NCBI GenBank assembly: GCA_950097015.1
Contig: CATNEN010000038.1
Coordinates: 34,410,001-34,474,000, forward strand
Source: Macrostomum hystrix
Taxonomy: Eukaryota; Animalia; Platyhelminthes
Direction: 5' to 3'
Length of the DNA stretch: 64,000 nt
The translations under genes were made by a program, and so were the position numbers. The stretch's first letter is position 1. The number at the start of each line of letters is the position of its first letter. Shown here one piece after another: positions 23,901-34,452 of the stretch. The notes below the pieces were generated by a model, which was not told the DNA's origin, did not search any database, and saw nothing but the letters and a program-made list of their open reading frames with translations.

Positions 23901-25996
23901 ACACCAGCATAGCAGCATAGCAACAACTAGCAACTATTCGGTATAGCACCAAAACATTATGCATGTGGGAGAGAAATAAAAAGAGGGAGGAAATCTAGTG
24001 CCATCGTTTGTACTTTTAGTTCTGCAGCACACCATAAAACTTATACTAAGTACAGTCGATGCCATGAATAGATTCGGTCAAGGCTGGCGATTGTAGCCCT
24101 TTGGACAAAAAACTTGCAAAAAACCTCCTGTAACGTAATGCCAGGCACTAAAACAAATGACTATAAGTTCATATTGGATTGAGGACAGCACAGATTGGAT
24201 TGAGGACAGCACAGATTGGATGGAGGATAGCACGGATTAGATGGAGGACAGCACTGATTGGATTGAGGACAGCACTGATTGGATGGAGGACAGCACTGAT
24301 TGGATGGAGGACAGCACTGATTGGATTGAGGACAGCACTGATTGGATTGAGGACAGCACTGATTGGATGGAGGACAGCACTGATTGGATGGAGGACAGCA
24401 CTGATTGGATTGAGGACAGCACTGATTGGATGGAGGACAGCACAGATTGGATGGAGGACAGCACTGATTGGATGGAGGACAGCACTGATTGGATTGAGGA
24501 CAGCACTGATTGGATTGAGGACAGCACTGATTGGATGGAGGACAGCACTGATTGGATGGAGGACAGCACTGATTGGATGGAGGACAGCACTGATTGGATG
24601 GAGGACAGCACTGATTGGATGGAGGACAGCACTGATTGGATGGAGGACAGTACAGATTGGATAGAGGACAGCACTGATTGGATTGAGGACAGCACTGATT
24701 GGATTGAGGACAGCACTGATTGGATGGAGGACAGTACAGATTGGATAGAGGACAGCACAGATTGGATAGAGGACAGTACAGATTGGATGGAGGACAGTAC
24801 AGGTTGGATAGAGGACAGTACAGGTTGGATAGAGGACAGTACAGGTTGGATAGAGGACAGTACAGGTTGGATAGAGGACAGCACAGATTGGATAGAGGAC
24901 AGCACAGATTGGATTGAGGACAGCACAGATTGGATTGAGGACAGCACAGATTGGATTGAGGACAGCACTGATTGGATGGAGGACAGCACTGATTGGATGG
25001 AGGACAGTACTTCTTTCCATAGACCACTTGACTACTGGGTCCAATTTACATTCGCTAACACCTCTAGATTTCGTCTAGATCTGCCACTGCCACCGCATCC
25101 TCTCCCTAGGCACTCACTGCCATCGCAGCTTTGGTCCGGCTTCGCCTGTACTTGGCGGCCAGATGCAGGGGCGTCATAAAGTCCGCATTCTCAGCGTCAA
25201 CTTGGGCACCGCGCATCATCAGCAGCTCGCAGGCGTCACTGTGGTTGTTCCTCGCCGCGTAGTGCAAAAGGGTGAAGCCATCAGCGTCGCGTTTTCCCAC
25301 TAGGCCGTGGCGCCGGCTCGCGCAGACAGCGCCTCCACCAGCGATGTCGGACGATGAAGCGCCGGCGCCGGCTGGCATTGGCATCGAAGCGGCATCGAAA
25401 GTGCCAGACTGTGGCGGACCAAGAAGGCTGTGCAGTTCGGCTGTGCGACCATCTTTGGTGGCCTTTGAATTTAGCAATGTAGGGTGAAGATGGAAGGAAT
25501 TACCAACGCTTGTCAAAAAAGGTTTTCTAAACCAGTTTAAAGTCTATCTAAGCCTGGGGCAGCAGTTGTAATAATCCGAATTAAGTCCCACATCAAGCAG
25601 CTGATGAAATGTCGCGTGATGCCCTCTAGCTCGCTGCGGTTTCGGCGCCTCCTGGGAGGCCGCCTCCGGCTCCTCTATTGAAGAGGTGAATTGCACCAGC
25701 TGCGGTGCTGTTGGTGGGATTAGCGGCGGCGACGGCAGAGACCTTCTTGATTCTGACTCCTGGTCGGCATCTGATTGTGACGGCTCCACATTGTCAACTT
25801 GAATGCAGGGTCCGGTTGGCATTTCGTTTTGGACATTTTCATCTTCAAGATGGATTTTAGTGTTGATCAGTTTGGATTTAGATATCTAAAAAGCTCGATA
25901 AAAGCAGCATAAGACAAAATAGAACCAACCATTTTCTTCCATCATAGTGTCAGCACAGTCACCAAGTGGTGTATAACTACATTGAGAATGAGACAT
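5910..25996 (-). CDS. TRPA1: TRPA-family (TRPA1-like) ankyrin-repeat cation channel, ~1360-1380 aa
   Basis: Hand-spliced exons (all GT-AG, phases consistent): 25996-25930, 25842-25592, 25462-25118, [candidate 22952-22893], 22332-22279, 22196-21987, 21554-21323, 20590-20483, 16997-16868, 14954-14709, 14379-14264, 12278-11965, 11518-11228, 10081-9705, 8821-8500, 7817-7686, 7517-7197, 6888-6742, 6671-6372, 6023-5910. Many TPLH-type ankyrin repeats, pre-S1 LLLHPLV..LLRHKW, six TM segments, pore MMIGEFEY, S6/TRP-like helix MNLLVGLAVDDIKAVQEQASLKRLAMQV, C-terminal coiled coil. The first two exons are the least certain. Confidence 0.93.
6102..6359. repeat. 29/31-bp minisatellite in last TRPA intron (GTCCTTTGATCAGCCGCCGCACCCTCTCA)
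   Basis: About 8.5 copies filling most of intron 6024-6371. Confidence 0.95.
7079..7159. repeat. 16-bp minisatellite x5 (CTGGCAGTTGTGTCAG), intronic
   Basis: Direct reading. Confidence 0.93.
7880..8465. repeat. 40-bp G-rich minisatellite, ~14 copies, intronic
   Basis: GGGGTGGCTGTCTGTGAGGGGTTGGAGTGCGCTGGGGGCT; period 40 (7941 vs 7981). Confidence 0.95.
8985..9675. repeat. 19-bp minisatellite, ~35 copies (GGGATCAATGGAAGGGACG), intronic
   Basis: Nearly homogeneous core 9090-9670 with a degenerate left edge. Confidence 0.97.
10375..11095. repeat. Degenerate AAATCCC-based minisatellite (~27-bp units), intronic
   Basis: Recurrent AAATCCCCTAAAATCCCATAATTCAT variants; very G-poor on the + strand. 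Confidence 0.88.
11561..11830 (-). repeat. 28-bp minisatellite, ~9.5 copies; reverse complement of the 12339-14257 array
   Basis: + strand reads CCTGTGACCCACTGATCCCAGTTCCTCA, the exact reverse complement of the unit in the neighbouring intron. Confidence 0.97.
12281..12340 (-). mobile_element. SINE family B 3' tail fragment forming the TRPA 3' splice region
   Basis: Minus strand GTCACTAAATGATGTGCCATTGCCCACAGCCCTCCTGCAATTATTATTTTTATC-AG matches the SINE B tails at 53355-53405, 59045-59095 and 48262-48300. Confidence 0.8.
12339..14257 (+). repeat. 28-bp minisatellite, ~68 copies (GAACTGGGATCAGTGGGTCACAGGTGAG), filling TRPA intron 12279-14263
   Basis: Period 28 confirmed (12361 vs 12781 = 15 units); starts ~6 nt from the GT donor. 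Confidence 0.98.
14575..14705. repeat. 30-36-bp repeat x4 (TGAAGATTCTCAATCTGAGCAATCTGA core), abutting a TRPA donor site
   Basis: Direct reading. Confidence 0.85.
15070..16831. repeat. 20-bp minisatellite (GTCAGATATGGG(A/G)T(A/T)TGTGT) with ~26-bp ancestral-type units at the left edge
   Basis: Direct reading; fills most of intron 14955-16867. Confidence 0.97.
17296..17432 (+). mobile_element. SINE family A, internally deleted (tRNA head joined to tail)
   Basis: GGGGCTGTAGCCTAGTGATCAGAGTGTCGGACTCACGACTTGAAGGTCGTAGGTTCAATTCTC directly followed by the tail GCTGCGGCTGTGCT..TGACCCAATTGGGGTAGGTG. Confidence 0.75.
18180..19205. repeat. 24-bp minisatellite, ~42 copies (TGACTCTTGCTACGATTCTGATTR), intronic
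   Basis: Direct reading. Confidence 0.97.
19640..19945. repeat. ~56-bp minisatellite x5 (…AAAACGGAGGGAGGTGGGTGACTTTCAGGGCGCG…), intronic
   Basis: Units start at about 19688, 19744, 19799, 19855, 19911. Confidence 0.9.
20706..21312. repeat. 35-bp minisatellite, ~17 copies (ACGGCCTTCAAAGTGTCACTACTGAGATGGGTGTG), intronic
   Basis: Period 35 (20881 vs 21091); begins ~10 nt from the donor at 21322. Confidence 0.96.
21712..21944. repeat. 12/13-bp purine-rich repeat (GGCGGAAGGAGK), intronic
   Basis: Direct reading. Confidence 0.92.
23157..23650. repeat. (GAGAT)n pentanucleotide microsatellite
   Basis: Direct reading. Confidence 0.95.
24174..25010. repeat. 21-bp minisatellite, ~39 copies (GATTGGATGGAGGACAGCACT), intronic
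   Basis: Direct reading. Confidence 0.97.
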
Positions 25997-27924
25997 GCTG
26001 AAGTAGCATATGCATCTGCAAAAAAAAAATAGCCTGTTATTTTATTCATTTAATGCTATTTATTAGAAATTTGTAAATGTATTTTTATTTTTAAAAACTA
26101 GTTTATTCATTTAACTATGTTTTTTATTGATAAGTAAAAAATAGTATATTATCCCAATATTAGGGAGAGAAAAAACTGATGGTAAAATAAATTAACCAAA
26201 ACAAACAAGCAGAGAATGCTTAATATGACGTTATACATAGAACACTTTAGACATATATTATTTACACATACATAACTCATAAACAAGAAATATTTACATT
26301 AAGGCAAGACTACTACCTAAAATAATTTTATGAATAAAAAAATTACTCATACTTTCTTTAAAAAGTAGTTAAAAGTGATTTAAATGCTAAATAAAATAAT
26401 GCAAATGAATAGAGGCTTCGCATATTATTTTCTAAACAAAAATTTGGAGTGCAAAAGCAGCTGATTTATTTTAGAAGCTTGGGAACTTGTCTTTAAAAGA
26501 AACGTTACAAGTTAAAAATCACATAGTAAGGTAAAACTGCGTACTTCAAATTTTAATGAATTTTGTGTGGTATGACTGCTGAAATTTTGTGTGGTATAAA
26601 TTAAAAAAGGAAACAAAATTCATGAATAGATTCTGCAAAAAATAACCTTTGTTGTTTCAGAAAATAATTCTCTTACTAGCCTTTAGACTGTGCTCGTCAT
26701 ATTTTATCTTCGGTTTCTAAGAAAAACCTGAGTTTAAAAACATGTCAAGTAAATTTATAGTAATCAAAAAAAACAAATATAGTTTTCTTACACTTTTAAT
26801 AATCGCTCTATCTAATAAAACTGTAGCACAGTAACTTTTTTATACATTTATTTACAATTAGTTTTTACTAAAACGTCTTGTTATCGCAAATCTGCTTTTT
26901 TCTCGGCAACGCCTATTGCGTGTTGATTCGATGCGTGTTTATTAGGCATTGATTCGAGTTGATTTTGTACTATTTTAGCAGTTAGTGCACTTCCTAGATA
27001 GAAGTCAAGAGTTATTTATTTTCTTTCTGCGATTGGGCATCGACCTGTATCCTTAATATTTACGAATCAGTGCAATACATTAATTCATAATCACATATTT
27101 CATAGTTTCGTACAATAGCTATATAATAAAACACATTGGTCAAGCGCGGAAGTCACTTTCATATGCCGATTCGTTTTAGTTCTATTTGTTCTAGGCCTAC
27201 TGCTATCCTAGCTTTTGTTATACTTTTGGCCTAGCCTATAAATGTATTTCATTGCCACTGACAAGCTTAAAACAAACGAGGTCGGTATTGTTTCTATTCC
27301 TATTGAGGCCTGACTAGATTCTAGCTAGGCCTAAGTAGGATGTAGCTGTAGCTGTAGCTGTAGCTCCTAGATAGTTCTATAAGTTTTATGTTCAACTGTT
27401 TTAGTGCAGTTGATCATAGGCCCAAAATTTCCATTTGGGGATCAATTTGTTATATTACAGAGATTTAGCTAGTTAGCTAGCCATTGGTCTTAACTTTATG
27501 GATAGCTAGCTAGGCTTTACTAGTGCAATGAGTTATCCTAAGTTAGGCCTACTTAAATTTTTAAAATAAATCACACTGCTAGGCCAGGGTCTAATAATAT
27601 ATATAGACATTCATATTAATAGGCAGCAAGTCAGAAATGTTTAATTACAATCAATATATTTGCATTCTTTTTATTAGGCCCACTTATGTTTTTCAATAAA
27701 GACACTACTAAAAACATGTTTTTATTCACTTTTAAGCAGATTTTACTTTTTAAATATTGTATTTCTCAGTGTCAGAGTAAAAATATTTTAACAGCTTTTT
27801 GTTAGCTGAATTTGTCAGTAAGCAGTAATCATTAGCAAGCAAGATATAAGATCTAAAAGATAGAAACAATTGCTAGCTTTTAATTGATAAAGCTTTTTCC
27901 TTTCCAGCATTGCCAGCCAGCACC

Positions 27925-29809
27925 ATGGGAACATTTATGGGTCACTTCTTGCCAGGCTCTTTTTTCCTGGCCTTCTCAATCTGGTGGACATTCTCCATTC
28001 TAAATCGTTACTATCGTGCAAAGTATAGGAAGGGACCAGCTTTCCAATCAACTGCCACATTTCCATGTGTCTGCTGTCGATCTAGCTGTGGCACATTCCA
28101 ATGGGAGGGAGTTCTCAAGGTTTGTTACCATTGATCATTTGTACTCGTCCATTTGCTATGGCTTGCATCTGCTTTTCATATAGAAAGTCACTTATTACAA
28201 TCATATTCTATTTGAAGGTGACCTGCTGTACTATTGGTTTAATTGGAGAGATCTGGACTGGATTTGATCACAACACTGGCCAATTTGTTAATGTTGGCAA
28301 TGGCCAGCATGCAACTATGTTCTCTGTGTTTGGCTTCTCTGGCATTATTGATCTTATGATTCACTGCAAAGCTCCACTGCCAAAGTACACCGACTATGTG
28401 TTTAGCGCTCTGTGCTTCAGTGTGGAAGGTGTGCTGTTTATGTTTCACCTGCACGGCCGCACCCAGGTTTGCCAGATATTTTCTTCAAAAATTGTCGGTG
28501 TAATCAAATTTGATACATAGACCAGGAAATATGAATTTACCGAGTAAAGTGGGTTTCTAGAGTGGCAGGAAAGATAAAGAAACGGAGTGAGGTGGGTGTC
28601 TAGCAGGGCAGGAAAGATGAAGTTACGGAGTGAGGTGGGTGTCTTGAGGGGCAAGAACGATAAAGAAACGGAGTGAGGTGGGTGTCTAGAGGGGCAAGAA
28701 AGATAAAGTGACGGAGTGAGGTGGGTGTCTAGATGGGCAAGAAAGATGAAGTGACGGAGTGAGGTGGGTGTATATAGGGATAGCGAAGATAAAGTGACGG
28801 AGTGAGGTGGGTGTCTAGAGGGGCAAGAAAGATAAAGCAATAGTGTGAGGTGGGTGTCAAGTGAGCAGGAAAGATTTAGGCGTGAGGCAAGTGTCAGTTG
28901 ACTGTTTTTTGCGACCTTAATACCTGCTTATAGACCTTACTTAAACTCTGACTGTTTTACACCACAGGTTGACATTGTAGTCCACACCATTCTGGTTTAC
29001 GTTGTCTGGGCCTGCGTAGTAATGTTAATGATTGAGATGAAATTTCCTAATTCCGTCGTGGCTTCTTTGGCTCGCTGCTTCTTTGTCGGCCTCCAAGGCA
29101 CGTGGTTCATTCAGGTAAGAATACGAGCGTATGGTTAATCAGTTTTATAGCTAATTAAACTAGGGCGTTTAGCAAGACACTCAACTCTGCATTGCTTCAG
29201 TTCACCCAGCTGTTAAATGGGTGCCAGCATTAGCTGCATGGAGTAATTGAGTGTAAGTGTGGCGTTCCCCCAGTCCATGGACTGAACAGCTGTACGCAGC
29301 ATTCGGATGCGCCGCTCAAGTGCTGTCGGCTGCAAATTTGTCCGAATTAGGGCATGTGTAATCAATTATTAATTATGATTAGTAGAAGTAACTATAGATA
29401 TATAGTCATCTAATTAGTGTTTAGAGTTGAGTCGAGGCCAATTCATTTCCTTTCAAAGGTTGGCACCATGCTCTACCCGCCAATACCCGGCCTGAAGCAG
29501 TTTGAAGAAGGCGACATGCACGCCAATGTCATGATTGCCACCATCATCTTCGGCTGGCACATGTTCGGTGTGTTCTTTCTCCAGCTCAGCCTGAACCTCA
29601 TGATTGCTCGCTACCACGCCAGGGGCGCCAGCGGCAACCAGGCCAATCGCGAGGTCAGCATGGAGCGCCTTATCAAATCCAGCGCCGGAGCTCGCAACGG
29701 CGACATCTCGGATCTGGAGGAGAGCGACACGGAGTTTGACGCATCGGGTGTTCGCGCCGGCTCGCCTGGCAGCAACGGCCGCCTGCTGCTCAACTCTTTG
29801 GAGCCGTAA
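27925..29809 (+). CDS. TMEM45: Transmembrane protein 45 (TMEM45A/B-like, DUF716 family), ~313 aa
   Basis: Exons 27925-28119, 28218-28466, 28968-29114, 29459-29809, all phase 0 and GT-AG. Family hallmarks MGTFMGHFLPGSFF, N.QHATM, EG.LF.FH.HGR, LQGTWFIQVG..LYPP, F.WH. Confidence 0.93.
28540..28885. repeat. ~43-bp minisatellite x7-8 in TMEM45 intron 2 (ACGGAGTGAGGTGGGTGTCTAGAGGGGCAAGAAAGATAAAG)
   Basis: Direct reading; diverged copies. Confidence 0.88.
29162..29378 (+). mobile_element. SINE family A, 5'-truncated, in TMEM45 intron 3
   Basis: CORE-like AGCAAGACACTCAACTCTGCATTGCTTCAGTTCACCCAGCTGTTAAATGGG plus the tail CCCCCAGTCCATGGACTGAACAGC. Confidence 0.85.
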
Positions 29810-30684
29810 ATTTTCGGGCGGAAAAGTTATCATTTTTAACCCTTAGAATTCGAAATTCAGAAAATTTGTTTTCCAAATTGTCAGCAACTTAAATTCCGGA
29901 ATTTTCCGAAAATTTCAGTAGGCCTGTATTCTGAATTTCGGAAAGCTTGTAGTCTTTTGATAAAGCTAGACATTATCGTAGTCGTGGAACTATTTTCTGA
30001 ATTTCGGAAACTTCTGTCTTAATAGATAAGCAGTTTTTGGTATCATCTTTTTAAAAGAAAATCTGAACTGTTAGTGGCAATGTCAATGGGATTCTTTGTA
30101 ATACGAGCTAATATTACTTACTGTGCAACCTAAAGGCGTATACAATAGATATCATGCGTGTAGCGCTTAGAAATTAGAAAGCAGAAATTTATGACTAACA
30201 ATAATCGAGTGACAAAACTGTGTGTAACAATTTTTTGCTTTTTCGTAGTTTTCTGTTGAGTAGTTTTTTATTTGATTATCCAATCCAATGTATTTACTCG
30301 TAATTATATTCGGCTTTTTTCTTTACCCCGGATGCGAAGTTCTTAAATGTTATAGCAGTTAATCACCATGACCTTATTTCTAGAATTGGCTAGTGCGCAT
30401 ATGATATTGAAAATCATGCTTCTACATTCCTGCACTGGATAGAGATTGTTATCGCAATATTATGCACGACTGGTTTCCAAAAGTTATCTACTTAGCTAAC
30501 AGCTAGTGGCATAAATACTGCTTATTATATTCTGTTTGCAATATTTTGCTTGTTTTTATTGCTTTTTCCGTTGCTTTTTAGAGTCATGGTTATTATCACA
30601 TGGAGTAACCTTTTACGTCCTAGTTGGTATTGAGTTATGCATAAACATTTTATTATTCCATTCGATGCTGCCTGTATTTTCTCA

Positions 30685-31330
30685 AAATCCCATTATTATC
30701 TGGGTGAAATCCTATTTAGAATTCCACACTTGCTCTAGCACAAATTTCATTTAGAATCTCTAATTTACCTGGTGGAAATCCCATTCGGAATCCCAAATAT
30801 AACTGTTGGAAATCCCATTCAGAATCACAAGTTTACCTGGTGGAAATCCCATTCAGAATCACAAATTTACCTGGTGGAAATCCTGTTCGGAATTCCACAT
30901 TTACCTGGTGGAAATCCCATTCGGAATTCCACATTTACCTGGTGGGAATCCCATTCGGAATCACAAATTTACCTGGTGGAAATCCCATTCGGAATTCCAC
31001 ATTTACCTGGTGGAAATCCCGTTCAGAATCCTATATTTACCTGGTGGAAATCCCATTCGGAATTCCACATTTACCTGGAGGAAATCCCATTCGGAATTCC
31101 ACATTTACCTGGAGGAAATCCCATTCAGAATCACAAATTTACCTGGTGGAAATCCCATTCAGAATTCCACATTTACCTGGAGGAAATCCCATTCAGAATC
31201 ACAAATTTACCTGGTGGAAATCCCATTCAGAATCCTATATTTACCTGGTGGAAATCCCGTTCAAAATCCTATATTTACCTGTTGAAAATTCCGTTCAGAA
31301 TCCTATATTTACCTGGCGGAAATCCCAGTC
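30685..31330. repeat. 34-bp minisatellite, ~18 copies (AAATCCCATTCRGAATYMCAMATTTACCTGGTGG), intergenic
   Basis: Direct reading. Confidence 0.95.
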
Positions 31331-31867
31331 GGACTTTCTAAGAATCACGTGAAAGTCCTCTGTCCATGTCTAATAGAAAACAGTGCAGCAAAGTTATCAT
31401 AAAAGATGAGTCACATTTTTAGAATTTGTGAGTAATCAAAAGAGCACTGCTGATTTTTTCGCACTATATAGTTTACTATTCGAAGGCTTTTACGCTCCAT
31501 AATTTAGCTTTATTTCTAGGCTGTTGTGCAGGATTTAGTTTATTGCCTAGCGCTATATATTTGTCTAATTGCGCATTCGATTAGATCAAGACTGTGAAAA
31601 TTACTGTTTCCATTGAGAGGATACAATTTTACAATATTTTCTTCTGTATATTCAAAGTATATTTGATTCGATAAAGTCATGCTGTTGTCCCATTTTTTAA
31701 CTGCCTCAAATAAATTTGATTATCAATGTTTATAAAAGCAGTACAACAGTCCAACTCACTAACAGTGAAATAAACAGAATGATATCTGCGTTCTAGATAT
31801 TTCGCTTTCCTCAGAATTCTACAATCTAGATTTGTCAGACATCTATTTGGGTCTTTGTTTATTGTTT

Positions 31868-32740
31868 ATAATTTGGACATTCAAAATGAGAATGTCTGTG
31901 GTCTCATGCTATCGGGTGGGTCTCCCGCGCGCAGCTCAGCTATTCGGCCATAGAGTTAAGGACATTCAAAATGAGAATGTCTGTGGTCTCATGCTATCGG
32001 GTGGGTCTCCCGCGCGCAGCTCAGCTATTCGGCCATAGAGTTAAGGACATTCAAAATGATAATGTCTGTGGTCTCATGCTATCGGGTGGGTCTCCCGCGC
32101 GCAGCTCAGCTATTCGGCCATAGAGTTAAGGACATTCAAAATGATAATGTCTGTGGTCTCATGCTATCGGATGGGTCTCCCGCGCGCAGCTCAGCTATTC
32201 GGCCATAGAGTTAAGGACATTCAAAATGAGAAAGCGGCAATCAAAACGAGATTTTGAAAGACAATCTAACGATCAAACAGGCAAACATGTTTCTATTTAC
32301 AGTACATGTAATCATTTTTGCACGACTCCTTTTTACCACCTGCATGGTAACGCCTGAACCCTTCCATCCTGCGTATATGCTCGCATAACTCTATACGCAG
32401 CTGCAATCGGCACTTGCAGGATGGCTGCTGCTGCTTCTAGTGTTGCCCCTTGCTCTATAATAGCAGACACCAAGCGTTGCCTGTCGACTGAGGATATTGG
32501 TGAAGGCATTCGAAAAACAGCAACAAGAAATAGCACTGAAAGAATCGAGAGAAAACCAAACAGGCGGAGAGCAAGGCAAGGGGAGTTTTTTAGTCTATGG
32601 TCGAAAGGGTGGATCTACTGAGTGTCTGAATTCATTCTTGTTTTGGTTGTCCAAACGTCTATGTTCTCTAGCGGCGAGGTTTACTTAGATGATATAGTTA
32701 AATCCATAGCCATTATCGTTTTGAATGTCTAAATTATCAT
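31868..32740 (-). mobile_element. Internally deleted Tc1/mariner-IS630-like DNA transposon relic
   Basis: Imperfect inverted repeats: ATAATTTGGACATTCAAAATGAGAATGTCTGTGG from 31868 vs its reverse complement at ~32704-32738. Internal minus-strand fragment MPSPISSVDRQRLVSAII..AAAILQVPIAAAYRVMRAYTQDGRV resembles an N-terminal helix-turn-helix of IS630/Tc1 transposases; no DDE domain. Confidence 0.55.
31875..32232. repeat. 85-bp tandem repeat x4.2
   Basis: Units at 31875, 31960, 32045, 32130, 32215; near-identical. Confidence 0.95.
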
Positions 32741-33433
32741 TTAGATTGACAAAATAAGCTAAATTATGACAACTATATACACTGAGAAGATTGAATTTCA
32801 AAGAAATTTAAAAGCAAAAATTTATTTAAAAGATTTGCTCTAGTAGGGAAAGAAAGAGCTAAATTTCTGTCTTGCTAAGACACACAAAACTCGGTACGCT
32901 ATTTGTGACATTGCCTCGAACTGTTTGAGATCAGTGTTTACCCTTGTATTTCTCTCTCCAGGGTGCGCACTGCAGTTTCATTTGAATGTTAAAACAACAG
33001 AGAATACTCAATTAAAATGGGTAAAGAGTGTCGTGCTGAGCTACTCTAGCTCGCACAAGTACCCAGCCAGTATTCAAACCAGCAACAGCCGGACAGCCAA
33101 AGCGGCATTCTGCGCACCTGCGCTTTGAGCAGCCAGTACTGGGGTCTATTTTTGTGAGTCGTATTGTCTTTATATGGATAGCAGTCTGACTCATGAAGGG
33201 CGGACACAAACCAGTGTAGACTCCGATTTTCGAAAAATTGTTTTATTCTTTAGTTAGCGAAATAAATTCCCTATTAAAAGCTTCCAAACCCGAATGACAG
33301 ATTTTCGCCAAAGTCCACCATATGGATCAAAATTTTCCGCCCTAGAAATGGACATAACTACAATTTAGCTGGCACAACATTGATGAGTTATAATATAGAG
33401 AAAATCGTAATTCTTAATTATCAAAACCCACCA

Positions 33434-33486
33434 TAGTCGGGAATCGAACCCCAGTCCGACGCCCTAACCACTAGGCTGCACCCCCG
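33434..33486 (-). mobile_element. SINE family A tRNA-like head fragment
   Basis: Minus strand GGGGTGCAGCCTAGTGGTTAGGGCGTCGGACTGGGGTTCGATTCCCGACT, with A and B boxes. Confidence 0.7.
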
Positions 33487-33847
33487 GCCATATACACACA
33501 AAACTTTATTGACAATCCAGTGGAAGTATCTTTTGTTCCAGTCTTATTTGAATAAGAGAACCTCAGCATGAGCAGGCACGCATTTCTTTGACACATGCGT
33601 GCTTTGGATGAAATTAAAATGCCAGGTACAGTATGCAGAAACTTGCTAGCACAATAAAAAGTTTGCAAAGACCTTTTCATTTCATTTCGGAAAAATTGCG
33701 CCCTGCCAATTTAAAGATAACTTTAGCTTCTCAAATGAAGCTATTTATTTGCACATTTGCAGGTCAAACAACGAGTAAAAGCAACTCGATAAACTCAATA
33801 TTATACACAATATAAATTCAAAATCCTTCACCCCAACATGCCAAAAC

Positions 33848-34285
33848 CATCCGCTCAATAAACTCTATATTATCAGCCCTAAAAACTCACAATCATCCGT
33901 CCTATAAACTGTATATTATCCACCCTATAAACTCAATATCATCCACCCTATAAACTCAATATCATCCACCCTATAAACTCAATATCATCCGCCCTATAAA
34001 CTCAATATCATCCACCCTATAAACTCAATATCATCCACCCTATAAACTCAATATCATCCACCCTATAAACTCAATATCATCCACCCTATAAACTCAATAT
34101 CATCCGCCCTATACTCTCTATATTATCCGCCCTATAAACTCAATATCATCCGCCCTATACACTCTATATTATCCGCCCTATAAACTCAATATCATCCGCC
34201 CTATACACTCTATATTATCCGCCCTATAAACTCAATATCATCCGCCCTATACACTCTATATTATCCGCCCTATAAACTCAATATC
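33848..34285. repeat. 23-bp minisatellite (CTATAAACTCAATATCATCCRCC), downstream of CDKAL1
   Basis: Direct reading. Confidence 0.93.
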
Positions 34286-34452
34286 TCTCCAGCTCGTATT
34301 AACCGCAAATGCAACACCATTTTATTATTTAAGCTAAACGATATATATATAAAGAACTTAATTAAGAAAACACAGGCACACCAAAAGAAACCAAATCGAA
34401 ATAAAAAAAGCTAATCCACTTGCAACCTATAAAAATATAAACTAGAAGAGTT

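Noticed and set aside
7665-25179. Long repetitive ORFs at 7.7-8.5, 9.0-9.8, 15.3-16.9, 18.2-19.3, 21.7-22.0 and 24.2-25.2 kb
   Set aside because: Open in several frames and strands because they are minisatellites; they lie within TRPA introns.
25885-25930. Alternative TRPA exon-2 acceptor at 25886
   Set aside because: Gives a 44-nt intron and is out of phase with the ATG at 25996; the acceptor at 25843 restores the frame. Not fully excluded.
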